From an uncultured Acidobacteriota bacterium (GTDB taxonomy: Bacteria > Acidobacteriota > Thermoanaerobaculia > Multivoradales > UBA5704): 64,000 nucleotides of DNA. Within the stretch, counting starts at the first letter, position 1; every line of letters begins with the position of its first letter. The translations under genes and the position numbers were made by a program. The notes under the pieces were generated by a model. The model ran no database searches and was not told where the DNA came from. It saw only the letters and a program-made list of their open reading frames with translations. Positions 30,755 through 40,046 of this stretch are shown piece by piece. Where the stretch lies: contig CAVYRF010000002.1 in NCBI GenBank assembly GCA_963770895.1, positions 4,864,001 through 4,928,000 on the forward strand. The letters are read 5' to 3'.

Positions 30755-32647
30755 TCAGGGTGCGAAATCGTCCTCCCAATGCTCGTGCTCACCGCGGACG
30801 CCCAGGGCGAGCCGCTCCTCCTCCATGGCGCGCAGCTGCACGCGGCGGATCTTGCCCGAGACCGTCTTCGGCAGCTCGGCAAATTCCAGGCGCCGGATGC
30901 GGGCGTAGGGCGCCAGGCGCCGGCGTGAGAAGGCGAAGATCGCCGCCGCCGTGGCGCGGCTTGCCGGCGTGCCGGGCGTCAGCACGACGAACGCCTTGGG
31001 CACGCTGAGGCGCACCGGGTCGGGGCTGGGCACCACGGCGGCCTCGACCACCGCGGGGTGCTCGATGAGCGCGCTTTCCAGCTCGAAAGGGCTGATGCGG
31101 TAGTCCGAGCTCTTGAACACGTCGTCCGAGCGGCCGACATACCAGTAGTAGCCGTCCGAGTCGCGCATCGCCGTATCCGAGGTCCGGTACCAGGCGCCGC
31201 CCGGCAGCGCCGCGCTGCGCTCGGGGCTGTCCAGGTAGCCGGCCATCAACGCCGCCGGCCGCGTGGCCAGGTCGATGGCAATCTCGCCCTCGTCGGTTTC
31301 TGGAGACTCCGGGGTCTCCTGTGTCTCCGGGATCGTCCATGTTTCCGGAGTCTCAGGCGTTCCTTGGACCTTCGGGATCTCGGGCGTCTCCGCGAGCGCT
31401 GGCCTCTGCAAGGACTCAGCAGCCTCCGAGGTTTCCGCGGCCTCCGGCGGCAGGAGTGCGATGCGATAGCCGGGCAACGGTCGCCCCATGGAGCCGAGCT
31501 TGACCTGCTGACCGGGCGAGTTGCCGATCTGGCAGGTGGTTTCGGTCTGGCCGTAGCCGTCGCGGATGGTCAGCCCCCAGGCAGCCCGCACGCGCGCGAT
31601 CACCTCCGGATTCAGCGGCTCGCCGGCGCTGGTCAGCTCGCGCAGCTGCACCGGATAGGACGCCAGGTCTTCGAGCACCAGCATCCGCCAGACGGTCGGC
31701 GGAGCGCACAGGGTGCTCACCGCGCAGCGCGCGACGACGTCCAGCGTCTTTCTGGCGTCAAATCGCCCCTGCGGCGGGATGAAGATCGTTGCACCGGCGT
31801 TCCAAGGCGCGAAGAAGCTGCTCCAGGCGTGCTTCGCCCATCCCGGCGAGCTGATATTGAGATGCACGTCGTGAGGACGCAAGCCGATCCAGTACATCGT
31901 CGACAGGTGGCCGACCGGGTAGCTCTCGTGCGTATGTAGCACCATCTTCGGCTTCGCCGTCGTGCCCGAGGTGAAATAGAGCAGGAACGGGTCGCTGGCG
32001 CGGGTCGGTCCGTCGGCCACAAAGATGTCGGCCGCGTCGCCCACCGGGTCCGCCGCGTTTGCCGTGTCCGCCGTGTCCGCTGCCTCGTAGCACTGCCAGC
32101 CGGGCACCTCATCACCCACCACCACGCGGGTGAAGGAGCCCCGCACGTCCTGGAGCTTCTCGACGCCGGCCGCATCGGTCACCACGTGAAGGATCCCGCC
32201 GCGCTCCAAGCGGTCTTCCAGGTCGGCGGCAGACAGCAGCGTCGTAGCCGGGCTCAGCACCGCGCCCAGCTTCAAAGCCGCCAGCGTGATCTCCCACAGC
32301 GCGCTGACGTTCGGCAGCATCGCCAGCACCCGGTCGCCGCGCCGCCAACCCAGCCCGCGCAAAAAGTTGGCCGCCCGGTTCGACCGCCGCGCCATCTCGG
32401 CGAAGCTGATGCGCGTCTCGCCCCCGCCGTCGTCCACCAGCCACAGCGCCGTCCGCAAGTTGCCATTCGCCATGACGTCGAAGTAGTCCAGCGCCCAATT
32501 GAACCGATCGAGCACCGGCCAGCGGAATCCCGCGCACGCCGCCGCCAGGTCTTCGCGCTGCGCCAGCAGGAAGTCGCGCGCCGCCAGGAACGCATCGGCG
32601 CCGCTGCCGGCCGCCGCCAGCTCCGGCGTGGCACGTGGCTCACCCAT
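30755..32647 (-). CDS. AMP-binding acyl-CoA synthetase (acetate/medium-chain type)
   Basis: FNWALDYFD, YFTSGTTAKPK, SAGEPLNPE, DGYGQTET, GRSDDVFKSSDYRISPFELES, LPKTVSGKIRR; ATG 32647 after GGAGG. Confidence 0.92.
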   Translation of the reverse strand: MGEPRATPELAAAGSGADAFLAARDFLLAQREDLAAACAGFRWPVLDRFNWALDYFDVMANGNLRTALWLVDDGGGETRISFAEMARRSNRAANFLRGLGWRRGDRVLAMLPNVSALWEITLAALKLGAVLSPATTLLSAADLEDRLERGGILHVVTDAAGVEKLQDVRGSFTRVVVGDEVPGWQCYEAADTADTANAADPVGDAADIFVADGPTRASDPFLLYFTSGTTAKPKMVLHTHESYPVGHLSTMYWIGLRPHDVHLNISSPGWAKHAWSSFFAPWNAGATIFIPPQGRFDARKTLDVVARCAVSTLCAPPTVWRMLVLEDLASYPVQLRELTSAGEPLNPEVIARVRAAWGLTIRDGYGQTETTCQIGNSPGQQVKLGSMGRPLPGYRIALLPPEAAETSEAAESLQRPALAETPEIPKVQGTPETPETWTIPETQETPESPETDEGEIAIDLATRPAALMAGYLDSPERSAALPGGAWYRTSDTAMRDSDGYYWYVGRSDDVFKSSDYRISPFELESALIEHPAVVEAAVVPSPDPVRLSVPKAFVVLTPGTPASRATAAAIFAFSRRRLAPYARIRRLEFAELPKTVSGKIRRVQLRAMEEERLALGVRGEHEHWEDDFAP

Positions 32648-32874
32648 GGTGACCTCCCAGTACATCGCGCCGCCGAACGCCGGCAGGGCGTCTCTAAGAA
32701 AGGGATTTCGACCTTACCACAGCCCTTCCCGGGCGCCGCCCGCTACCTCCGGCCGCCGGCCACCGCCTGTCTCACCGTCAGCGAGGCAACGCACCCAACT
32801 TACAGCGAGGCTCGCCCGGCCCCTCCGGCCGCCGCCGCGCGCGCACCTCGACCGCCCACGAAAGGAGCATCAAA

Positions 32875-33060
32875 ATGCGCAAGGATGCCAGAACCAAGCT
32901 GCCGCTCCACCGCGACACCCTCCACCGCCTCGACAGCGACAACCTGCACACCGCCGCAATGAGGCGCGCCCGCGGCGGCCTCGCCGGTGTCGGCGTCGGC
33001 ATCGTCTCGAGCGACGACCGCGAGTGCACCTACAGCCGCGCCTGCGACACCCTCAACTAA
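32875..33060 (+). CDS. Putative RiPP (lanthipeptide-like) precursor peptide, 61 aa
   Basis: AAAGGAG RBS; basic leader with LPLHRDTLHRL (LxLx[K/R]x5L-like), ARGG double-glycine site, core with two Cys and several Ser/Thr. Confidence 0.65.
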   Translation: MRKDARTKLPLHRDTLHRLDSDNLHTAAMRRARGGLAGVGVGIVSSDDRECTYSRACDTLN

Positions 33061-33076
33061 GGTCGCCGCCGCCTTC

Positions 33077-33123
33077 GCTCCTGCGTGACGCCGCCCCCGC
33101 GGCTGCAGGCGCCGCGCAGGAGC
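33077..33123 (+). terminator. Long stem-loop directly after the peptide gene
   Basis: GCTCCTGCGTGACGCC ... GGCGCCGCGCAGGAGC inverted repeat (with G-U pairs). Confidence 0.4.
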
Positions 33124-33337
33124 CTAATGGACACCGGCGACCAGGGCGGTCCGGGAGCCCACCACCGACATCACCGGCCAGAAGTGATTCGGGGGAAGCG
33201 GCCGCGGTGCGGCCGCCCCTCAGGTGGAAAGGTGGAGTCCCCGCCGGAGCGCTAACGCACCACCAAAGGGGGCGGGGAGCTGGGGCGAGGGCTGGGCGGA
33301 TGACCCCGAATCTTGGACCATTCGCCGGCTTTTCCGG

Positions 33338-33746
33338 TCAGCCAGGTTCCTGGAAAAGGGCGACTGAACCACCCGGCCCGCAAATCAGCATGAAACCCTG
33401 TGACCCGCTGAGTTGCCACGCTTCGTAGGTGTCATCTGGGTGAACCTCGATCGAGACCCCGTGCTCGAATTCAACCGTCAGGTCACCCATATCCACGATG
33501 GAAATTCCCAAAACCCGCGCGTTGAACAGAATTAGCACAGGTCCAAGAGTTGGAGTGTCCTCGGGTGTCAGCACTTGTCGCCCTCGAGGAGTCTTAAAAG
33601 TAAATGGAGACTCAACGAACAGCTGCGCCTGCCCGGACTTGTCAGAAAAGGAATAAGCCCAAGCGAAAGTCAATTTGGATAAGCTGTACGACCCCATCCT
33701 CGTCGAGTTCCAGGTGCCAGCCCTTCTCTTCGTCGCGAAGCCTCAT
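33338..33746 (-). pseudogene. DUF6188-like putative immunity protein with one extra base in a T run (~33647)
   Basis: ATG 33746 after AAGGAG reads MRLRDEEKGWHLELDEDGVVQLIQIDFRLGLFL, then shifts into SDKSGQAQLFVESPF...YEAWQLSG...LICGPGG. Confidence 0.65.
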
Positions 33747-33873
33747 TCTGGAGCTCCTTGAGGATTTCCGTTCAGCGGTTCCTCGTAAATTCGCGGAATG
33801 TGCGTCTCAGCTTGTGCCCCCCTGACGTACGCCCAAATGACTGGGCAGATTTAAAGGCGTGAGTCCCAGCTGC

Positions 33874-34123
33874 TCACTCGCCTTCCCCTGTTGGGTGCGG
33901 CCCAGTGTCTAGATGAAGCCTGATATCAGCTTGGCCAGTCTTTGCCTTCGCGGCGGCTTCTAGCCAGTCATCCCAGGCGGCTGGATCTGCAGTTGTGCCA
34001 TTGTTTAGCAGTGACATCCCACCGAGGAATCCGGCCAGATCATCTGGAGCCTGTCATCTCAAGGAGGTGTTCCAGGAAGAGGTACATGGCGACATAGGCC
34101 TCTCTGCAGGTCAGAGATTCCAT
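33874..34123 (-). pseudogene. Small immunity-like gene, frameshifted near 34045; absent from the ORF track
   Basis: Manual translation: MESLTCREAYVAMYLFLEHLLEMTGS / DDLAGFLGGMSLLNNGTTADPAAWDDWLEAAAKA...; length 250 nt = 83 codons + 1. Confidence 0.6.
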
Positions 34124-34210
34124 GCGTTAACCTTTCCGTCGCGATGCACTGCGTCCGGCCGAAGCCGGCTACGGTGGCCGCCTGGTCTGGCGACAGAGCG
34201 CGACCTACGA

Positions 34211-34279
34211 TCAACCTTCTCCGACCCAATCCTCTTTCTTAACATTAAACTCCCATTCTGCCTGTCCCATGGCGTCGTC
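34211..34279 (-). pseudogene. 3' remnant of the immunity-like gene family at 45282 and 58883
   Basis: Encodes DDAMGQAEWEFNVKKEDWVGEG*, near-identical to both paralogues, with shared downstream sequence. Confidence 0.75.
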
Positions 34280-34354
34280 CGCCCCACGAGGCGACCGTAC
34301 TCATCATGGTGCGCTCGCCAAGGTTCGACGCGCCCTGCCGTTGGCGAGACTCAT

Positions 34355-34939
34355 CTAACCATTTGCTAGAGTTTGTGCGCGCTCCAATAGATCGTGTCTT
34401 ATATCATTGTCAGTGAGCCCGGGTAGTACGGGTGGCCACTCGTTGAAAGGTACGTCCATGAGCTCTAGGAGGCCTCGGTAAAATGACTCCCAGACCTCGG
34501 GCTCACTCGGATCATGGTCTTGAAAGCCTCTTAGCAATAATCTGGCTGCTTCCGGCTTAAGGTCACTATATGTTGATCCTAGAAAGCCGAGTGCCGTAGC
34601 GGCCGCTGCGCGAACATAAGGGTCCTCGTTGAAGGCCTTCGACGCGATAATCGGGAAAAACTCGCGAAGTGCCCACATGCGACCGAGCACCTGAACAGTG
34701 ATTCGTCTTACGAGTGCTGCGTCAACTGGATCGCCGCTGTTGAAATCCAAATAGGCGCGTATGACATCCTTGCTCGCGAGGTCGCCGCTGCGACCGAGAA
34801 TATGTATCAGAGTGTATGGGTCGGTGCGGAATTCGCCAGAGGCAAGTTGATGCCGGAGGTCATTGAGCACGGCGCGACGGATACGCTTACCCTGCTTCGC
34901 ATGATCCAAGAGTACTTCGTAAATGAGGTCATTGTCCAT
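34355..34939 (-). CDS. HEAT-like helical putative immunity protein (paralogue of 51968..52552)
   Basis: Shares GEFRTDPYTLIHI.GRS.DLASKD and VQVLGRMWALRE with the gene behind the Ntox28-like tip; overlaps a toxin-tip remnant. Confidence 0.75.
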   Translation of the reverse strand: MDNDLIYEVLLDHAKQGKRIRRAVLNDLRHQLASGEFRTDPYTLIHILGRSGDLASKDVIRAYLDFNSGDPVDAALVRRITVQVLGRMWALREFFPIIASKAFNEDPYVRAAAATALGFLGSTYSDLKPEAARLLLRGFQDHDPSEPEVWESFYRGLLELMDVPFNEWPPVLPGLTDNDIRHDLLERAQTLANG

Positions 34940-35078
34940 GTTGTTTGTATTGTCCCTTCAGGGCCTGAGTCGCGCTCTCGAGGTTCTTGCTGGCTACGCT
35001 CAGCTCGTTGGTCAGAGCCTGCCGCTGCGATTGAGAAAGATTGAGCTCCCTTCCGGTAGCGTCAAATAGCTTTGCTAA
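34929..35078 (-). pseudogene. Orphan C-terminal remnant of an Ntox28-like toxin
   Basis: Manual translation ...RQALTNELSVASKNLESATQALKGQYKQHGQ*, matching the end of the 52542..58688 product (RQALTNELSVASKNLDAAKQALKGQYTQHAK). Confidence 0.75.
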
Positions 35079-35127
35079 CCGATGGCCCGCGCGTCAATTT
35101 GTGCAGTATTATGTAATAGGTCAAGGT

Positions 35128-36553
35128 GGCCTTGTCCCAGAATCCGTTGAAAGTTGACGGCGATCCTCGCCCCCATAGAGCATGGGGGTGCCAACTAAAG
35201 GAGGGTCACCGTCATGAAGAAGAGTGCCACGGCGAGAGGGAGAGAGGCAACTGCTGGGCACGAGGGAGCCTGTCGGCGAGTAGGCGTGGGGGGCGTGCTG
35301 GTGCGAGCCGGAGAGGCGCTACGGGAGCTGGTGATGGCGACGGGGCTCGCGGTGTTCGAGGCGATGCTGGAGGAGGACCGCGAGGCGCTGGTGGGTCCTG
35401 CCGGCAGCCGGCAGGGAGCGCAGCGCACGGCGTATCGCTACGGACATGAGCAGGGTCGCGTGGTCCTCGGCGGCCGCAAGGTGCAGCTGGGCCGGCCGCG
35501 GGTGCGCACCGTCGGGGGCGAGGAGTTGGCGCTGCCGAGTTGGGTCGCGATGCGACAGGAAGATCCTCTCGACGAGCGAGCTCTCGAGCAGATGAAGGTG
35601 GGCGTATCGACGCGCAAGTATGCCCGGAGCCTGGAGGCCCTGCCCGAGAGCCGGAACTCGTGCTCGGTCAGCCGTTCGAGCGTGTCCCGGCGCTTCGTCG
35701 CGCGGACCCGCCAGCAGATCACCCAGCGGCTGTCCGAGTCCCTCGAAGGCAGGGACTTCCCGGTGCTCATGATCGACGGCACGGTGCTTGGCGACCATGT
35801 GCTGCTGTTGGCGATGGGCATCGAGGCGGATGGGTCGAAGCGAGTGCTGGGGGTGGTGGAAGGCAGCAGCGAGAGCGAGCAGGCAGGGCGGGCGTTGCTG
35901 CGCAACTTGATCGAGCGCGGCCTGCTGGTAGAGCGGATGCGCCTGTTCGTTGTGGACGGCGGCAAGGGCGTGCGTGCCGCGATTAGAAAGACTTTTGCGG
36001 GCTGGGCATTGATCCAACGCTGCCAGATCCACAAGATGCGCAACGTGATCGATCATTTACCTGATAGTAAGCACGCGTGGGTGCGAACGGTGATCCGGAA
36101 GGCTTGGGCCGCTGGCTCTGTCGAGCAAGCCCGGAAGCGCCTCGTGGGCTTGGCAGAGCAACTGGAAGAGGCGCATCCAGGCGCAGCGTCGTCGTTGCGG
36201 GAAGGTCTCGATGAAACCTTAACAATCATCGGCCTGCGCATGTCGGCGACGCTCACTCGCAGTTTGCGCTCGACCAATCCAATCGAGAATCTCAACAGTG
36301 CTCTGAAGCACCTGGCTCGCCGTGTCAAGCGCTGGCGAGGAGGGACGATGGTCTTGCGCTGGGCGGTCACCGGGATCCTCGAAGCCGAGAAGCGCTTCCG
36401 TCGCATCAAGGGCTACCGCGACCTGCCGGCTCTCAGCATCGCCCTCGCTCGGTCTGCCCCTTCTTACCCAGAAAAGCTTGACCAGGAGACGCTCACTGCG
36501 TGAAACTACCGCCAACTTCGCCGTCGACTTTCAACGGAAAGTGGGACATCCCC
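35128..36553 (+). mobile_element. IS256-family insertion sequence, complete, with 9-bp target duplication
   Basis: Imperfect ~36-bp terminal IRs (GGCCTTGTCCCAGAATCCGTTGAAAGTTGACGGCGA / rc GGGGATGTCCCACTTTCCGTTGAAAGTCGACGGCGA); GGTCAAGGT at 35119-35127 and 36554-36562. Confidence 0.9.
35214..36503 (+). CDS. IS256-family (mutator-type DDE) transposase
   Basis: GVSTRKY, LMIDG, VDGGKG, QRCQIHKMRN, LRSTNPIEN motifs. Confidence 0.92.
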   Translation: MKKSATARGREATAGHEGACRRVGVGGVLVRAGEALRELVMATGLAVFEAMLEEDREALVGPAGSRQGAQRTAYRYGHEQGRVVLGGRKVQLGRPRVRTVGGEELALPSWVAMRQEDPLDERALEQMKVGVSTRKYARSLEALPESRNSCSVSRSSVSRRFVARTRQQITQRLSESLEGRDFPVLMIDGTVLGDHVLLLAMGIEADGSKRVLGVVEGSSESEQAGRALLRNLIERGLLVERMRLFVVDGGKGVRAAIRKTFAGWALIQRCQIHKMRNVIDHLPDSKHAWVRTVIRKAWAAGSVEQARKRLVGLAEQLEEAHPGAASSLREGLDETLTIIGLRMSATLTRSLRSTNPIENLNSALKHLARRVKRWRGGTMVLRWAVTGILEAEKRFRRIKGYRDLPALSIALARSAPSYPEKLDQETLTA

Positions 36554-36573
36554 GGTCAAGGTTGTGTGTGGAT

Positions 36574-36951
36574 TTAGAGAACCCACCATCCTGAGGGCTT
36601 GGCGTCAAACATAACCGCCTCGGCTGCCCTGTAGTCCTGACTCCGAAGGGAAATTTTCACGACAGCCATGTCATCAAAAACAGTGCGCACCGAATCCTCG
36701 AGAGTGATGCGAGCGGAAGTCACCTTCCGCGTGATGCGCTTGCAGAGCTCATCCCTAAAACCGCACTGCCCCCAATGAAATTCACGGCCATCGGATTCGA
36801 CCACGGGCCGCGTTACCGCCGTGAGGACGGGTCCATCAAACCTCAGCTGGACGTAGTCCTGCACGAACTCAACAGAGCTTAACTGCTCACCGACGATCTT
36901 CTGCAACAAGCCTTCCTCGGTTTCGTCTGGGCGAAGCGTCATAGAAATCAT
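36574..36951 (-). CDS. Putative orphan immunity protein
   Basis: Lower-GC small ORF in the cassette array; GEQLSSVEFVQDYVQLRFDGPVLT; role inferred from context. Confidence 0.6.
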   Translation of the reverse strand: MISMTLRPDETEEGLLQKIVGEQLSSVEFVQDYVQLRFDGPVLTAVTRPVVESDGREFHWGQCGFRDELCKRITRKVTSARITLEDSVRTVFDDMAVVKISLRSQDYRAAEAVMFDAKPSGWWVL

Positions 36952-37021
36952 TTTACTGCTGGGGCGGAGTCGGCGGCGACGGTGCCGGAGGCGGTTTGTC
37001 CGGGGCCGCCCGCCCCACGAT

Positions 37022-37432
37022 TCACGTACGGCCCTGCCCGGCTATCTCGCGCCACCTCATGAGGAGCCGATGATTGGGGTGAGATTCTGTTAGCCGAAAT
37101 GTCGACAATAAATTGCCAGCCTCGTCCCACTCGTCCCGCTCCAGTGCTATTCCATGCTCGCCCAGTGTTTTTTTCTTGAGTGCACCGCTCTCGTACCACT
37201 CCAAGGACAAGCCATTAAGTCCCCCTTGATGGATGTTGTCCTCTGCCTTCTTTGCGCCACTTGGATACCACGCCCGGCGGGGACCCTCTTGGACGCCATC
37301 GACAAATGTGATCTCGCTGATCAGATTGCCTTTCGCATCGAGCTCATAGCCGATGCCACTGAAGCGCTCACCCTCGTGCGTGTAGGAATAATCATCATTG
37401 AATTCAATCTCGCCAGCATCTACTCGCTTCAT
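37022..37432 (-). CDS. YwqK-like antitoxin/immunity protein (MORN-variant repeats)
   Basis: EGERFSGIGYE, DGVQEGPRRAWYPSG, GLNGLSLEWYESG repeats; ATGA overlap with the deaminase tip. Confidence 0.8.
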   Translation of the reverse strand: MKRVDAGEIEFNDDYSYTHEGERFSGIGYELDAKGNLISEITFVDGVQEGPRRAWYPSGAKKAEDNIHQGGLNGLSLEWYESGALKKKTLGEHGIALERDEWDEAGNLLSTFRLTESHPNHRLLMRWREIAGQGRT

Positions 37433-38325
37433 GGTTGCTGCCCTTCTGCTTGCGATTGAGGGAGATTGTTGACGCCCTGCGTTAGGGTTTCACAGTTGCC
37501 ACACCGAGGTACCCACTGGCCGACCCGATTCGACCAGAGAGACACATTGTACATTTCGAACTCAGAAAGGTCGCCGGCGCCCATCCCGAGACCCTCCCGA
37601 GCAAGCAACGCTTCGTTCAGCGTAACGAATTCAGAATGCGTGCCTGGCTTCCCCCAGGTCTCGCCCATCGTGCGAGCTCCTGACTCAACGTCCGCTAGGT
37701 AGGCGTCAAGCCTGTCTTGCAACAGAGGATGGATCTCGTCAGGGATTTCCGTAGCGTTCTGCCCAAAGAACATATCATCGGTGACCGTATCCCTGATACC
37801 GGTTAGCACAGGACCTCGCTGCTGGTTGGTCTGAGTCTGCTTCAGGAGTTGCGCTCTCTCCACGGTAGCGGCCGGGAGCGGACTTTCCTTTTTGACGGCG
37901 ACGCCTGCGCCTTCCGGATCCTCTACAGTAGTGAGGTTTTCGGGCTTGCTGGGTGGTGGCGGCGGCGTTTCAGACGGATCCGGGAGCATACTGGGCACAT
38001 CTGGCCCCGTTGAGGCCCAGTGGAGAGCACCACCCAACACTCCTCCAAGGCCCATGCTGAAGGCATAGGCGCCGGGGCTCGACACCTGCCCTTCGATGGT
38101 GTCGCTGGTCGCTTGGCCGGCGAGACCGCCGACGGCTCCTCCGCCGGCCGATGCTAGGAGGGCGCTGCCTCCCAATGCTGTGATGCCGGCTCCGGCGAGC
38201 CCACCTGTGGCGGCGGCGGCGGCGGTGACCGCGAAGGTCTTGGCGGCGAACTTGAGATCTTTTTTGACGTCGGCGTCGACGGCCTTGGCGACCTGGGTGA
38301 GGTTGCCGGCGTTGATATTGTCGCC
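37429..38325 (-). pseudogene. Orphan pre-toxin region + YwqJ-like deaminase toxin tip (no own start)
   Basis: GDNINAGNLTQVAKAVDADVKKDLKFAAKTFAVTA matches the post-core region of the 40039 Rhs; HSE...NEAL and PRCGNC zinc-deaminase motifs. Confidence 0.8.
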
Positions 38326-38326
38326 C

Positions 38327-39575
38327 AGTACATGGCGGCGACGTCGTTGCCCAGGATCACGCCGGCTCCGGTGCCGTAGGCGTTGGTGGTGGTGACGACC
38401 GAAGGTCCGCCGCAGCTGCCGAGGATCGGCGACGGGATGGGGCAGGCGGCCAGGTTGCCGTTGGGCGCCAGCACGTCGTCGAAGACCGCCGCGTTCTGCT
38501 GGTTCGAGCCCGGCGGGTTGTTGCACTGCACGTCGTCGCGGCGCGCCGCCGGGCCGACGGCGAAGGTCACCGGCACGTTCGAGATCGAGTTGCCGTAGGA
38601 GTCCTGGACCTGGACGTGCACGTCGCCGGCGTACATGCCGGGGTTGCCGCCCATCTGCTGGCTCGGCTCCTGGCTGACGATGGTCGCGGGCGGGCCGGGG
38701 AAGCCGTAGGCATAGAAGGGGGCGTCGGGGGAGAGCGCGCCGTCGTGGGTCGAGACCGAGGCGTCGACGAGCTGGACGAGCGCCTGGGTGGCATAGGCGT
38801 CGGTCGGGCTCTGCAGCAGGAACGCCGGGCTGGCCGCGGTCTGCTGGCCGAGGCGGATGGTTACCGCGGCGTGGCCGAGCGGGTCGGTGACGACCGCGAC
38901 CGAGGTGCTTTCGGCCGAGGTCGCCGGATCGACAAGGGTGCCGCCGCCGGTGCCCGCGGCGGTGGTGAAGGTGACGGTGGCCCCCTGGACGGGCTTGCCG
39001 GACGCGTCGCGCGCCACGACGGCGAGCTGGGCCGGCAGCAGGGTCCCCACCTGGCCCATCTGGTTGTTGGTCGCCGAGACGATGACCAGGCTGGCCGCCG
39101 AGAGCGGATCGGCGTTGGGCTGCACCGTGCCGTACGGGTCTGCGAGCGCGTTGGCGGCGAACTGCAGCGTCCACTGGTCGGGCGACTCGGCGGAGGCGCC
39201 GCCGGCGAGGCCGCCGGCGATCAGGTAGGCGGCGCCGCCGCTCACCGGGTCCTCCACCACCCAGATCGAGCCGGTCCAGGAGTCGCGCGTGACGGCGGTC
39301 GCCGGCACGTCCACGGTGAGGCCCTGGCTCAGCCAGTTCTGGACGTCGGCCAGGACCGCCGCCGGCTGCTGGAGGTTGGACGGCAGCGGTGTGGCGTTCT
39401 GGGCGGTGAGGTGGAGCACCGGGATGCCGGCCTGGTTGGCGACGCCGATGCCCTTGTCGGCCGAGACGGAATCGACCTGGAAGTCCTGCTCGAAGGTGAG
39501 GTGCTCCCAGGACGAGCCTTCGAGCGCCGAGACGCGCATTCCAGTCGAAGGCGGTCGAGGGGTCGGCGCCGCGCG
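38327..39575 (-). repeat. ~1.25-kb near-identical duplicate of 46812..48058 (Ig-like region of the giant carrier gene)
   Basis: Protein identical over MRVSALEGSSWEH...GVILGNDVAAMY except for a couple of residues. Confidence 0.9.
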
Positions 39576-39653
39576 CAGAGGCTGAGCGCTGCCGGCATCG
39601 CTTTCGAGGTGGATGTCTCCTGGTGCTGTTAACCCTTGCGTAACGCTTGTGGA

Positions 39654-40046
39654 TTAGTCCTTGACTGGTTCGACGGATTCAATCTCGGCGGCCTGGCAAA
39701 GAAAGCGTATGTCATTATGCTCGTAGTCGAAGGCCTCTAGCTTGACTCCCTCTAGCTGCCTGTCGGAAATATCAACTATAGCGAATCCGGTAATTTGCGT
39801 AGGGCTGCCGCCGAACCCTCGAATATTTAACTCTCTGACGGCTGTAAACTTCATATGCAGGCGATAATTGTTCGTCGAGCGATCTGTTTCGAGAGCGAGA
39901 AGTAAGGAGTAGGTCGATCGGGGTGATCGAGGGTCCTCGAAGAAGGTCAGGGCGGATACCCTCGAAAACGCCGTGTAGCCTGCCTTGCCTACCACCGCGT
40001 ACAGCTTGTCCTCGCCTTTGACTTGGGCTTTCATCGCATCACTCAT
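39654..40046 (-). CDS. Putative immunity protein cognate to the 40039 toxin tip
   Basis: Lower GC; ATG 40046 overlaps the toxin stop (ATGAGTGA); ends ITGFAIVDISDRQLEGVKLEAFDYEHNDIRFLC. Confidence 0.7.
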   Translation of the reverse strand: MSDAMKAQVKGEDKLYAVVGKAGYTAFSRVSALTFFEDPRSPRSTYSLLLALETDRSTNNYRLHMKFTAVRELNIRGFGGSPTQITGFAIVDISDRQLEGVKLEAFDYEHNDIRFLCQAAEIESVEPVKD

